A stretch of DNA of 64,000 nucleotides, taken from positions 382,131 to 446,130 of the forward strand of contig NMRA01000053.1 of NCBI GenBank assembly GCA_002633005.1, given 5' to 3'. Made by a program: the position numbers and the translations under genes. Shown one piece after another: positions 25,702 through 38,800 of this stretch. Positions within the stretch are counted from its first letter, which is position 1. Each line of letters starts with the position of its first letter. Source of the DNA: Phoronis australis (lineage: Eukaryota; Animalia; Phoronida). The notes under the pieces were generated by a model. It searched no databases. It had not been told where the DNA came from and worked only from the letters and a program-made list of their open reading frames with translations.

Positions 25702-26627
25702 TCAAACACATCTCAATACAATGCACATTGGTTGAAAGTCAAAACTTGACACTAAATACGGAACACACAAGCACCATATCTCAGTTCTAAATTCAAAAAA
25801 ATGTCAGCATTTTCCCCCCATAATTCCCCACTTGTCAATCAGTATGAAACGTATGACAACACGACAATCATATCACAAATGCAGCAATAATTTAAGAAGT
25901 ATAATATTAATTTCTCAAACAAGTTACCACTTGTCTTCTTGGTAATTATCTAGACTCCGAACATTGTGTGTAATTATATCTAAAAACATCTCTATTTTGA
26001 CAGAACTTACACAGCTCTGTTTTAAAACTCGAGTTGAAAACCCATCCAAGTGAACATGTTTCACACTTCACAAACCCAGCTGCCTGAGTACAGTTCTCTC
26101 ATCCCATCCATTGGAGCCTACACTGCATCAAAATACATCCTACACAACAGCTGTTGTGAGGATTATCATGTCAAGGACTTATCTAAGACCCAAATGACTC
26201 CCACAGATAACAACAGCTGTAGTAATCTTACATCAAACATCCATAAGGTGCTTCAAAGGTGGTCACATATAGTAGGCCTGGCGATGACGTTTTATGAGAT
26301 CTTTAAATGTTCCCAGTGAAAAGCATGGTGTAACACACTTGCTGAAGTGGACAACTTACAATAGTAAACTAGTGTGTCATTATCTTAAAATCTCACCAAT
26401 TTTGGACAAAATAATTGCTAAATTAGCCCTTTTTCATATTTGAAGGGTTTCTAGCATTATTATGAATGCCCACAACCTCTCAAAACATTGTCAGATGGTA
26501 GCTATGGTAACACAACTTGAATACAGAAAACCATTAATTTGGTGCCACATATCTTTTATGGAAAAACAGAAAGTGAAATTTCGTTTGGCAGCCACATTGT
26601 TTCCTAAATTGATGAGATTTTGCCATA

Positions 26628-26852
26628 CATAATTAGTGTTTGGAGGTAACACTACACTTTTCTGTACCTAGGCATACACAACAGTTTACAAAATACCCAT
26701 TTCATAATTAGTGTTTGGAGGTAACACTACACTTTCCTGTACCTAGGCAAACACAACAGTTTACAAAATACCCATTTCATAATTAGTGTTTGGAGGTAAC
26801 ACTACACTTTTCTGTACCTAGGCATACACAACTGTTTACAAAATACCCATTT
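26628..26852. repeat. 75-bp tandem repeat, 3 copies, at the start of the RAB3GAP1 3' UTR
   Basis: AATTAGTGTT recurs at 26631, 26706 and 26781. Confidence 0.95.
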
Positions 26853-26860
26853 CCATCAAT

Positions 26861-29800
26861 TCACTGGAAAGTTGTGTCCTCTGAGAAGGCTCCGGCTAAT
26901 CTGAAACCGTCGGGAGTGACGACGCAAAACATTCTGTGAGGGCAGAGACGGGAGTAAGGTGCTGGTCGAGGAGCCACGGTACGCAGAATAAACTCTCGCC
27001 CTGCTGGACTGGGGAACTCCCTGACGCTGGTGTCTGGGGACGTTGCAGATGAGTCATCTCCGGCTACAGTTGCTTGTGCCTACAATACATTTTAACATTG
27101 CCCAATGGAGATAAAGGACTGCCCAAAGGATTTATGTCCCAATGTTTTTGATAAAAATCATATTAAAGAATAAAATGTAGAAGTTTAAATACACACAGAC
27201 CTCTTGAGTTACAAATTGCTCCAGTTTTAGTGATAAATTCCAAATGGCGTCATCAATTTTACTTTGAAATTGGTCAAAAACAAACTGAAATGACATCTGC
27301 ACTGTCCAATCACAAAGTAAACCATTTCCTCAAGGCCAATGGCAATACTTGAACATCACTTTCAGCGCATTTGTAAATGCTAAGCAATCTAGAAAACAAA
27401 AAGATAGAATGACTCTGAGATAGGAAGAACTGTCCATCAAGGAGCCACTTACATGTTGGGCTGCAGAGAATAAGTGGTGTATGACTTGTCCAGCTGGCCC
27501 CCTCGACGCTCCCAACACGGGCACCTCGGGGTGCTCCAACAGGCTGGTGACAAACCTCTCCAGTTCGTGGACGTCCTTGGTCTTCGCCTGCTGAAGGTCA
27601 AACTTTGCTCTCAATGACCTGGCTCGCGCTAACACAGTCTCAGCAAGCTCCATCTGTTTGACGATATCCTGACAAAAATAAAATCTATGATTTAAGGCAA
27701 CAGTCCTCATGCTGTAACAGGCCACCAACATGTGCGTTCATCTTCAAATTGCACTTGCAACAACCAATTTATTTATTTTCTCTACTCAAAAACAAGTATA
27801 AACATCTGACCAATACCATAAGAGACATTTTGAACGTATGATTTAGGCTAATAAAAGGCACACATGACTGAGCAATACAACAAAGATGACGTGTAGATTG
27901 AACAATAAAATAAATACATGAAGCACCTACCTCATATTTCGGTAGATCGGTAACAGGTGCTCGAGTCACCTTGGAAGACTTCTTGATCAACTGCTGAACC
28001 AGTGCTTGAACATTGGTGAGCTCATGTTCATCTGGAAGTGTCACAGTATAATGAGTGTAGCAGAACAGATGTGTTACATAGATGCAGGAACCTCGCGAGA
28101 GTGTAAGATGACACAAGACTGCGAGATATTGCCATGCACTACAAGCTAAATAATGTGACTACACCAGCTTTACTCGCAAGATTCTTGCATTTACAGAACG
28201 CAGCCGAGATGTCATGAACTCTTAAATGTATGCTATCAACTGTAGGTCAAATGACAACTGTTAAAGGTATATTGAGGGCTGTTATAATGCTGTGACCACG
28301 GAACATGTTTTCATTAAATGTTGCGATGGTCACAAGTCATAAGATAACTTAAAGGCAAGTTAACACTTCTTATTTTCTATGGTTATACTGTAGTTGGGAG
28401 TGGAGCTGATGTGTTATTTAGGCCACATTCCTATTTCATTTAACCATGTAGTGCTCAAGATGGCTACATTAATATATACTCAGATTGGACTCGATGGTTA
28501 TGACGCTAGAAAGACCAACATAAAGCTTCATGATGTATCCATATTTTATTAACTGTAGATTTAATGTTAAACTATTAAATGTTTGCTTTAAACTGTCAAA
28601 ATTTGTCACAAAATTCCACGTATTCAGGTAGAAAGTTTGCTCAAACATGTCGCTAAATAAGACGGTTGAATTCTCTGTAATGTCTCCAGGCCACTCACTG
28701 TGTTGCATGACAGACAGTATTCCTGACTGTACAATCATTGGTAACAGGTACTTGGCCAGCTCACCAGGCTTGAGAGCAGCTAGAAAATGAAGCACCTGGC
28801 AAAGGGAAAATAGACAAATAACGTCATTATGTAGCTACATCTTTACGACATGTCACTGTTTTCAATTCCCCCACCACAGATAAACTCTTCTCTATGATGG
28901 AGGTAGAAATAAAATGCATCGTAAAACAGATTGTAGGCGGTCCCATGCCTGAATGGCATCAGACCCACGCAAGCCACATAGGTTGGGCACACCGCACAAA
29001 ACAACTGATTTAAAACGTATCACATGATAGGCCTAGTTTTGCAAAGGTCTGAATCAAGACACACAAGTGAAGGATTATTCATCACACTTCACTCAGCTTT
29101 TCAAATTCTTTAGGTCTGTATTGCAGCTCCTTATGTTACAATAACATTTTATTGGCATCCGAATGACAAATGGACAACTAATCTTAATGTAAAGTGGTAA
29201 TTAGCATGTCAGAAGGCAATGAAAGACATGCAGACTCGGACCTTTTCTGCCTCCTTGGTATCATCAAACAATCGTTTCTGCCTCCTGGCAGGCACGGGGC
29301 GGGCGCTGGTCCACACTTCTGCCCACATGTTACCTGGGATCTGCATTCTTTGACTCAAGTGACCTACAACAAAATGTACGGCTTGTATAAATTATCCGGT
29401 TGCGTAAAATGTCATAACTTAACCTCTGGGTAAGTCTGATTGGTACATGAGGTCAAAACCATTGTTCAACAAAGGCAGTGTGCGTGCGATAGTGTTGCAG
29501 TTACCCAGGTCCTCTGTTCACTAACATGGTTTATAGAATAAGCGGTAAAAATTCACCCATTTTACGATACAGTATAAAAGTGCAAGCTACCAGTTCTCAT
29601 ATAGAAGATAAAATTGGGTTGCGGTCCTACCAACAACCAACTTCTCTTCAAAAGTAAGTTAATAATCTCTCTCTCACTCACCCTTGATGGTCTTACTGCC
29701 ATCCTCCAACACCACTTCCTCTGTCACGTAGTCTCGCGGCGAATACCAGCGCACAAAGTCCTCCAAGCTACAGCCCGGGTTGGCTGCCTTAAATGACTCC

Positions 29801-32800
29801 ATGTCCGAGAGTAGGCAGGCGCTCTGCATGCGTGCCCTAAGATGAGCCCCCTCTTCACTCGTACCCAGCCTGCAACATCAGCACCAGAACAGAATTAAGG
29901 GTGGAATTTGGTGTGAATGAACAGTTATGTCAGAGATCTTCACAGGCTGTTATAACAGGTCGTCCCACCCTCTTTTGATTTCAGCAGTTGATTCTGAGCC
30001 CTCTTTCCGCCATCTTTTAAATTACTTTACCAGGAAGTGTTTACCTGCACACTTTCCAGTCCTCTTAAATTTGGTTCAGACAATCATTGTTTGATACAGA
30101 AGTTACTTTTGGTGTCTGCTGTCTGCAGCAATCAGGTTAAATAGCAGAAGTTCCTTTCAAAGTCGTTCGATCGTTAGTCATAGAAGCACACCTCAATTCA
30201 ATATTTCTTGACCCAAGAGTATATAGGCTAACTAGCTTCAAGTGATTACTCCATATGTAGCACAGCCATTTCATATAAACACCCCATTGTGGAATCCCCT
30301 TGAAACTAAAGCTCTGTTCAGTCTTATCCTTTGCAAGGTAGGGACAGCATACGAACTTGATGATTAATCAAACACAACATTTCAGTTACAACCAACTGGC
30401 TCTAAACATTGACTGATTTGTTTCATATGCAGTTGATCAATGTTGTAGCAAAAAAGTTCAATCTATTTACTTGCCTATTTTATGTTTTCTATCTCATTTT
30501 ACTTGTCACGGAAAATAACTCCATACGTCCAAATATCAAAGCCTGAGAAATTTGTGTTATTGGTGAATTTGTGAAATGTAAACAATGATTGCTCTGTTCT
30601 GCATTTACGAAGACACCTCTCCACAACACTGCTGAACTTGTGCACGTGCAGCATCACGTGATCAAGCGACACTCAGGGTCAGAAGGTCAAAATGAAATGT
30701 TTATGCTTGTGGTTATAGACAAACAAATCAAAACTTCAACTGCTGTTCGTGCAACGTTTCGTAACAGTTTGTAGACCTTGTTCAGGAATCTTAAAATGGT
30801 AACGTAATAAGTTAGTGGTATTGAGAAGAAATGGAACGAAATCAGCAACCACTGCAGAAAACATTCGTGGCAAGAATTAGAATGCATTGACAGCCATTAA
30901 GTTACTCGTGGTGTATGTAATAACTGAAAACCCCTTCTCCAATAATGCACTAGTCCAACTGTCAACCTAAGTTGTCAAAGGTATCCATTTTGCCTGGTGG
31001 AAGAGGTCAAAGGTTCAGAATGGCTCAGAACATTTGTGTTGAAAGGAAAAGTGGGAATGAAACTTTGGTCTCATTTTAACTGACAAAAATCTTTTTTATA
31101 ATTCCAGGTTTGTTAAAACGAAACCTATTGTTCACTAAACAGATTTCATTCAAACCAACGCTACAAATAACGAATGCTATCAGACTTAAAAGCAGGCAAA
31201 AAAAATGAAGATTATTGTCCATTCTTACTTGGCCAGCACTTCAGCATGTTGTTCCAACATGTCTTCGGTCATAGGTGCCGGTTCTTGAGTCACGGGGATA
31301 TAAAGAGGTTCATCAACATTCAGCAACCTGTAGAACAATGGTAGCAGAGAATGAGGTGCTTAACATTACCTCACTCACAGACAACAGGGCTGGTGACTTG
31401 ATGTCATCTCTCAAATACATGAATAGTGTGTACCCAAAATAAAGATAAGTAGCAAAATGTATTCTCTGGTGGTTAAAACAATTATTGGACAAATCAATGC
31501 AAATACAACATTAAAACAGATTCCCAAAGTTATCTAACATGCCTTGTGTTATTTGGAGTGGGTTCTATATTACCATCCACTACTAGCTGGCCACGAGACC
31601 TCACCAGCTTTCAACAAAATAACCAAGCTGTAATAAATGTTGCTGTCAAGCATAATTCAATTAAAAGATACACATTGTACATTAACTTAAGGTAAAAAGC
31701 ATTATTCAATACTACTCAGACAAGCTTACAAAGCATTGGTTATTTATGACTTAAGAGTATTTCATGTTTGGAATTAAATGTAATATTCCAAAAAATGGTG
31801 ACTAGTCAATAATGTTGCATATAAGTACCAGCGCTAGACACAAGCCAGTGATGGATGGCATATTTACCACTTACATTCCTGGATTGGGCTCGTAAAACGT
31901 GGTAACCAAAAAATGCTTGGCGTCAGCTTGGCTCCCACACCGTTGAGGCCAATTTTCTACTTGTTTATTACTTCGGCCACTCTTTTTTTAGCACTTACCC
32001 TGAGTACCGAACGTTAATGCACATATTAAGACCAATGCACCTACTATTGACAACAAAAAATTTGTTCAAGGGCTTCACATATAGGCACATTCATTAATAA
32101 GCTTCATAAGTAGACACAGTCAGCTATTCTTTCTTCAAGTGCACATGATTATTTTAACACAGTTTAAAAACCAAGTCTTTCAATGATTTTTAATACTTTT
32201 CATTAATTAGTCAGTGTTAAATTGGCAACATGTTGATTTCAAAAGTTTTGTCAAAGATTTGTAAAGTTAAACTAACGTGCTAATTTAAAAATTTGGGGCA
32301 TGGTTTTACTCAAGTGCTTCGCATGTAAGCACTAGTACCTAATTACTTACATAAGCACAACGTCTTTAGGTGCACTAGGTTAAATATGCGCATATACTGC
32401 ATACAAAACTTTTATTTGTGGACTTCCCAAGTACACAGTGACATCACAAGATGACCACAACAGAGTTCCATACCTCAAGTCGCCATGTGGCCTCAGACGA
32501 CCCTCTGGCTTGTATGAAGGCTGCTGCTGCTGCTGCGTGTTGGTCACCATGTCCTTAGAAACATCAGCTCCAATTTTTATTGCACTAGAATCAACTACTT
32601 CACTTCCCTCATCAACAACCTCATCCCTCGTTGCACCCTGAATAGCACCTTCACCTTGCGCCAATTTGTCCGTTTCACCACTTTCCTCATTGTCACCATC
32701 CTCTCCACCAACTATGTCCATGTCAAAATCCTCCCAGCCCCCTGCTGGCGCTTCCACATCACCACATGCTGCCACTTTCTCCATTTTGTTCACATCCTCT

Positions 32801-35800
32801 TTAGGAGAACTCATATCAACGTTTGCCGATGATTCTTCCCCTTCGCATTCGAAGAACTCCTCGTCATCGCTACTGGAACTCTCCAATACTGCAGAGCGCG
32901 TTCGTTCTATAGCACCACCTACTGCAGTTCTATCATCCTGAGTCTTGGATTGTACTGAACCTGGACTGTCTTTGTCTACCTTGGATAAACCAGCACTGAC
33001 AGAACTAATAATACCGCCTTCATCGTTGTCCAAATGACCCTCCGCATCATTCTTAGCTAAAAAGTCCGACACACTAGAGGCTGCTGATAACACTGGATAA
33101 CTGGATGACTCGGACATCTGTCCACAGCTGGACGACTGAGACATCTGTTGTTCCTGTTGTTGCTCACGAGTTTTCTTTCTTTCAATACAACAGTTCAACA
33201 TCTGCAACTTTTGATGCAACAAACAACAACCCATGTTAGGTGAAGACTGCTCCAGACTGTAACAGACAAGGAGAGAGTGAGAGTGGGAGTGGGAGGGAGC
33301 TGGTGGGAGTAATTGAATAGAGACAGTGCTTTACTGTAGCCTGTGAATTGATGACTTAGAACAGGCTTCTTTATAAATGTAATTAATGACTCAAGTAATC
33401 CTTGTTTATCTTTCTCTATGTACCTGACATTAGTGTTATCCTCTAACTCTTTCCCTGACACTCTTTTATGATGCACAGATTCAAAATGGTATTTGATAAC
33501 ACCATTTTGTAAGTGATAAGATAACATACATGAAAACAAACACACAGTCTGGGCCAACCTAACGCTGTCTATAGGCAGAATGTAGACATTCATTCTCAGG
33601 ACATGTAAATTGGTAGACAATAATACATTTGCTTAACATTCGTTCTGGTCCTTGACAAGGCTATGAGTTTTAATATTCTGGTAATACACAAATATTTTTA
33701 GCATTTCACCAGTTTTTTTAAAACTAACATTACCACGTATGATTTTCTTAATGACTCGTCTTGCACATAATTGTCACCCATCTAGTTGTGGTAGCATACT
33801 GTGTTGTAACACCAGTGACTTGAGGCTCTGAGTCTAATTTAGACATAAACTGCTGGATTTTCCAGTCTTTCATTCTGTTTGAATAGCTGTTGTCTACAAG
33901 CATTTGTTTCATGCAAGAAATGTCGAATCATTCTTAATGAAATCTGAACCAGGGACATGTCTCTTTGTTAAAACTTCATTCAAACAGACTGCTAATCTTA
34001 ATGCAAAATAGCGATCAGCTCAGCAGCAGCAGTGTATAACTGCGGGGCACAGCATTGTGGGTAAATACAACAGAATCAAAGAAGGCAGAAGGAAGACGTT
34101 ATTATTTTGATGATTTAAGTCATCGCCAGTTTATTCAATTTCACAATGTATGCATAAACACTCTTGACAACCTGATATCATACAAAGAATGTTTCTTTAA
34201 AATGACGGTCATGCTAAAACAAGCTTTTGCAGAGAAAATTTTAATTTTTTTCATTAAAAATCTTAAAATTCATAGATCATGCGATCACTAATTACTTTCA
34301 GGATTTTTTAGCAGTAAGCTAAATACATGTCACATTTGTGACAGTAATATTCAATATAATAAGCAGATAACCCGACACTAGCGACGAAGACTGAAGCTTA
34401 ACAAAGAAAATAATAACGCTTACCCGCAAATTAAATAGTTGTTCTCATATCTGTATCTCATTTCCAGAACAAATTCCTGCCACAAGTGGGCGACAGCGTG
34501 CAGACCACCCAGACTGTGATTGACTACACACAACAGCACAGCTAACTTGGAAGTGAGGCAATCTTGGGGTGCAGACTTGAGCTGCCGCGACAGGTCCTAC
34601 GGAGGTGAAAAGAGATTGAATAGAAATACTGAGAAGTTTACAAAGAGTGTGCGTGTGTGTGGCATAGCAGTAGTGAATACCTAATTATACTGGATATGAA
34701 CCTGTTAAATGAATGAAGCAGATTTCCAACAGGCTTCAGGCCAATACATAAATTTTAAAAGAAATTTATAGAAGTTTAAATACATTGAAATGGCAATTAT
34801 GTGGTGTCAAACTCATGCTGGATTCTGGTAAAATAGGCGAACAGAAATTGACGAATAAGTACGGTCATAAACCACAACATTTTCAGCACAAACTGTTGTT
34901 CGTACATCGGTGGACAAAATACTGGCTCCAGTGTCCAGTAGGAGGTGCATCTTTGCAAGCCTAAGGGACAGGCACACTACATACATTAGGATCTAGCTCC
35001 TTGGCTTCGTTGTTCTCTTCGGATTGTTCTGATTGGCTGGTGACACCATTATCTTTATCAGCATCAGGAAACAAAAACTGAAATGTGAAGCAGCAAACAA
35101 CTAATAACAGCAATACATCAGCAGTTTACCGCTTTCTTCAATCTTAAATAATTAGTCAATAATTATTCTATACTCAAGGCCTTAGGAAGCAGGGGGCCCG
35201 GGTGCATTTGTCCCCCCTCCAATTAATTAAAGCATAGAATGTATTTGCTCCGGAGACTTTGAACTGAAAAGATCCAAATAAGTCTGTGCTTCTTTCTAAC
35301 TATCACCTTCTTAATGACCAGATATATTGAACCATTTGACTTCAATTACATCATTTCTTGGCCATAGTATGATTAGAAAACGGACAATCACCGCACAAAT
35401 AAAAAAGTTCATGTTAACTCAACGTTTCGTCTATTCATAAGACATCATCAGGATATGTTCAGTAGGACAACAAGTGTCGATGACCATTCAAGTCACATCA
35501 ACATAATTTGACTTCAAATAAAAAACGTACCAGTAACAGTTTGTTCAGCAGATCGTCAGGTATAGGTGCCTCACCAGGCTTCAGCTTCAAAGACTGACGC
35601 GAGTTAGATATGACTTTAGACAAGGATGGCAAGCTGTACACAGCCTTGGGCTCTGTCAACCTCTGAAGGGCTTGACTTATGTCTGAAGACTCTGTAAGAT
35701 TATGAATATTGCTAATATGAAGTCCAGTCAGTCAGTACAGCACTCCTAACAAAAATTTCAACGTTAGATTTGAAATGCTTGGGTTTTATGTAATCTGTTT

Positions 35801-38800
35801 TTATTCGTTAACTTTACTAATAGTTGGCCATGGCATACACTCTTACACATCCATTACAGCTATACTGGCCACCAAAACACTTAAATACCTGTGTCATCTT
35901 CAACAATTAGACTTTTGCCCAGGAGCTGATTGGTTGATTCATGCCGACGGCACAGTTCGAGGAACTCGAAAAAATGCTCCGCTAATAGGCACTGAGGATC
36001 AGCCGTCATGTGAACACGAACTGACCAATGAGGTGCCTGGAGTGGGTCAAGGTCTGAGTAGACATCATTATCCACTATCATCTCTTCAGAGATAGTTGGC
36101 CAAGTAGCAGATAGATGGAGCTCACTACCAAAGAAAACAAAGAGACCACTGATGACAAAAAATGAAACTAAGTTGATTGCAACATCCTTGGCACTCACTT
36201 AAGTTAAAAAAAAACACTCACTCATAGAAACAAGACTTGACAAATTGCAAAATTTTAATGGAAAATCATTAAGTGAATAAGAATTTAATGATGATTACAA
36301 TATCCAACACATTTTCTCAAGTAAGCAGTACTTGACAATGGAATACATTATCAACAATTATGGATGAAAAAATTTTCCTTCATTTTGATAAAGCAATTTA
36401 TCTAGGGATGCATGGTGCATTTACATTTAAGTACATCCGAGGCCAAAAAGCATAGTTAGCCCTGGTCTGTTTTTTTTTTAGAAATTGATGTAGTGGCGTG
36501 GTATTTTCAGTTGTAAATATTTCCAAAAGAGAAATCCAACAAAAAAAAAGCTGGAGNNNNNNNNNNNGGGGGGGGCAGAGTGTGCAAGGCAATGGCTTGT
36601 TGATGGTCCGTCATGAGGTATGTGGTGATTGTGGCTAACTTGCAAGACACGTCATTTCAAACCTTGCTTGTGCGAAACTGTGTGGGCTTTGAAAAAAAGC
36701 TTGAGACCTTGCCTACAACTGATGCGAAAGGGCACTTTGTGATTTTAAAGTAGTGAGGTGAAAGCTTCAAAATGAGGTGGAACACAGACCTGAACCAATA
36801 GATACATTTTGGCCTAAATGTCATTAAACACAGTTAATGTCCCATGCCATCACCAACAGTAATCTCTTTACCAATGCCTTAAAAGTAATCGTATTACTCA
36901 AAAGATCAGCTATCACAATCTCTTTTTGTACCTCACTGGGTCCTCACAAGCTCCAAATGGTAAAGTTTTGAAGTCCACATAGCCGATGTCGTTGCCATAG
37001 GCAGAGTTCAGATCTGTGATCGAAAAGAAATCCTTGAACGTGCAAATCAAGAGTTAGTAAAAGAAAATAATGAAGCATTATTTCAACACATATCCACTTC
37101 GCTTACACAACATATTGAGACATAATTCAGTCCTTCTTCTAGCCAGCAGTGGTACCCCACAAAATCTTTTGGATATCACTTTATTCAAGATTTAATAAAT
37201 TTAGTACTTCTGAAAGTTGAAAATGACAGAATCTTCATAAATGGCTGCGTCACACACATTTATCTTTGCTTATTACTGTAAACCAACCTCTATATCTTTG
37301 CAGACATTACCTTCGTTGCTAAAGAATATTTCTGTTTTGTTTTTGTGGAATGGTTATTTCAAATTCACATGCTCTTTTGGTCTCACGAAGAGGGTTATTT
37401 TTCAAATCCACATGGCATGGTTATTTCATGGCAACCGCTACACGACATGCATTTAACACAACATCCTGCCTTGATTGACATGTTATGATTTAACCATATG
37501 TGTGTCTAACACCTGGTTCTCAACAAAAGTAACTGGGTCCAAAACGTAAGAAGACTATAAAGATCTAACGCAGGATCACAGATTTACAACAAAACACTGA
37601 TACTGTAAAAAAACCCACACGCAAATTTGGATCTGCATGCTTGGTAAAAAATGAATAAGATTTACATGCAAGGGTCACTACAGAGGCAAACAGCAGCCAT
37701 TTTGGCAGTCATGCACTATTTGTATAAATACACAAAGGTCTCTGAAGTTACCTTGTGCAAGATGACTGATGTTCTTCCTTTCATGAGAAAGAACTGAATG
37801 AAGCGAACAAAACCATCAAACAATAATGGCAAAGTAAAATGACAAATATTCATACCTTTTGAATGCTTTTGGAACATGAGCAAATTCTGAATGAAGCTAA
37901 TAGGTGAAATTTTAAAACAAAACTAAACGCCGTAATGAGATCACAATCGCAAGGCTAAACACATGAGGTAGATTATGAGCTCTGTGTATAACATCAAAAT
38001 TTACCAGTAGGAATGAGCTGGTATAGGTAGTTACCTGGGGGTGACTGAGGCCAGCCATGCTGTTGCCAGTCATTGAGAATGTAGGTGAAGCGTATGGACA
38101 CGTTGACAGGTGGCAGTGGTGCTTGATTACCCTGGAAATATGATTAGTTATAATAGACATATGGGACATTTTGATCAACTATCAGCCAGAACTCACAGAC
38201 TGAATATTTCTGTGACACATAAGGGACAATTTGACAAAATATAAGTCACTACTCAGTGACTGATTAGTTATGCTAGAAATATGGAACATTTTGATCATCT
38301 ATAGATATATCCACATAAAGCAGAACCTAGTGCATATGGACATATGGTATATTTTAACAAAACAATACAAGAACTCAGTGACTGAATGGACACCGAATGA
38401 CTTTACAGATGACTCGTTGTGTTGTACAATATCATAATGTACAAATGAGTCTAAACAAGACATTAACCTCACCCCTTTCTCCACACTGAGTCTCCCTTAC
38501 TGTTAATGTAAAGAATAAGCCAGGATACTCAACATCAAAAAGACTTGGGCGTCAAAATGGTGTCACGCAACGACAGAATAGTGATAATCCCTTCTAATCC
38601 ATTGTTAAATTAGTTACACTTTGGAAAATGTGAATTAAGAGAATACCTACTACTTTCGATTTGAAAATGTCCAACAGTCCTGCCAGGTGGGTAAGCTGTC
38701 GCGGGACGCGTCTGAGGTGCACGATGTCGAAGCTTGTCCGCACGCCTGGGAACTCACAGTGACCGAGGTACAAACGGCGCCACCTTTGGCAGACTTGAAC

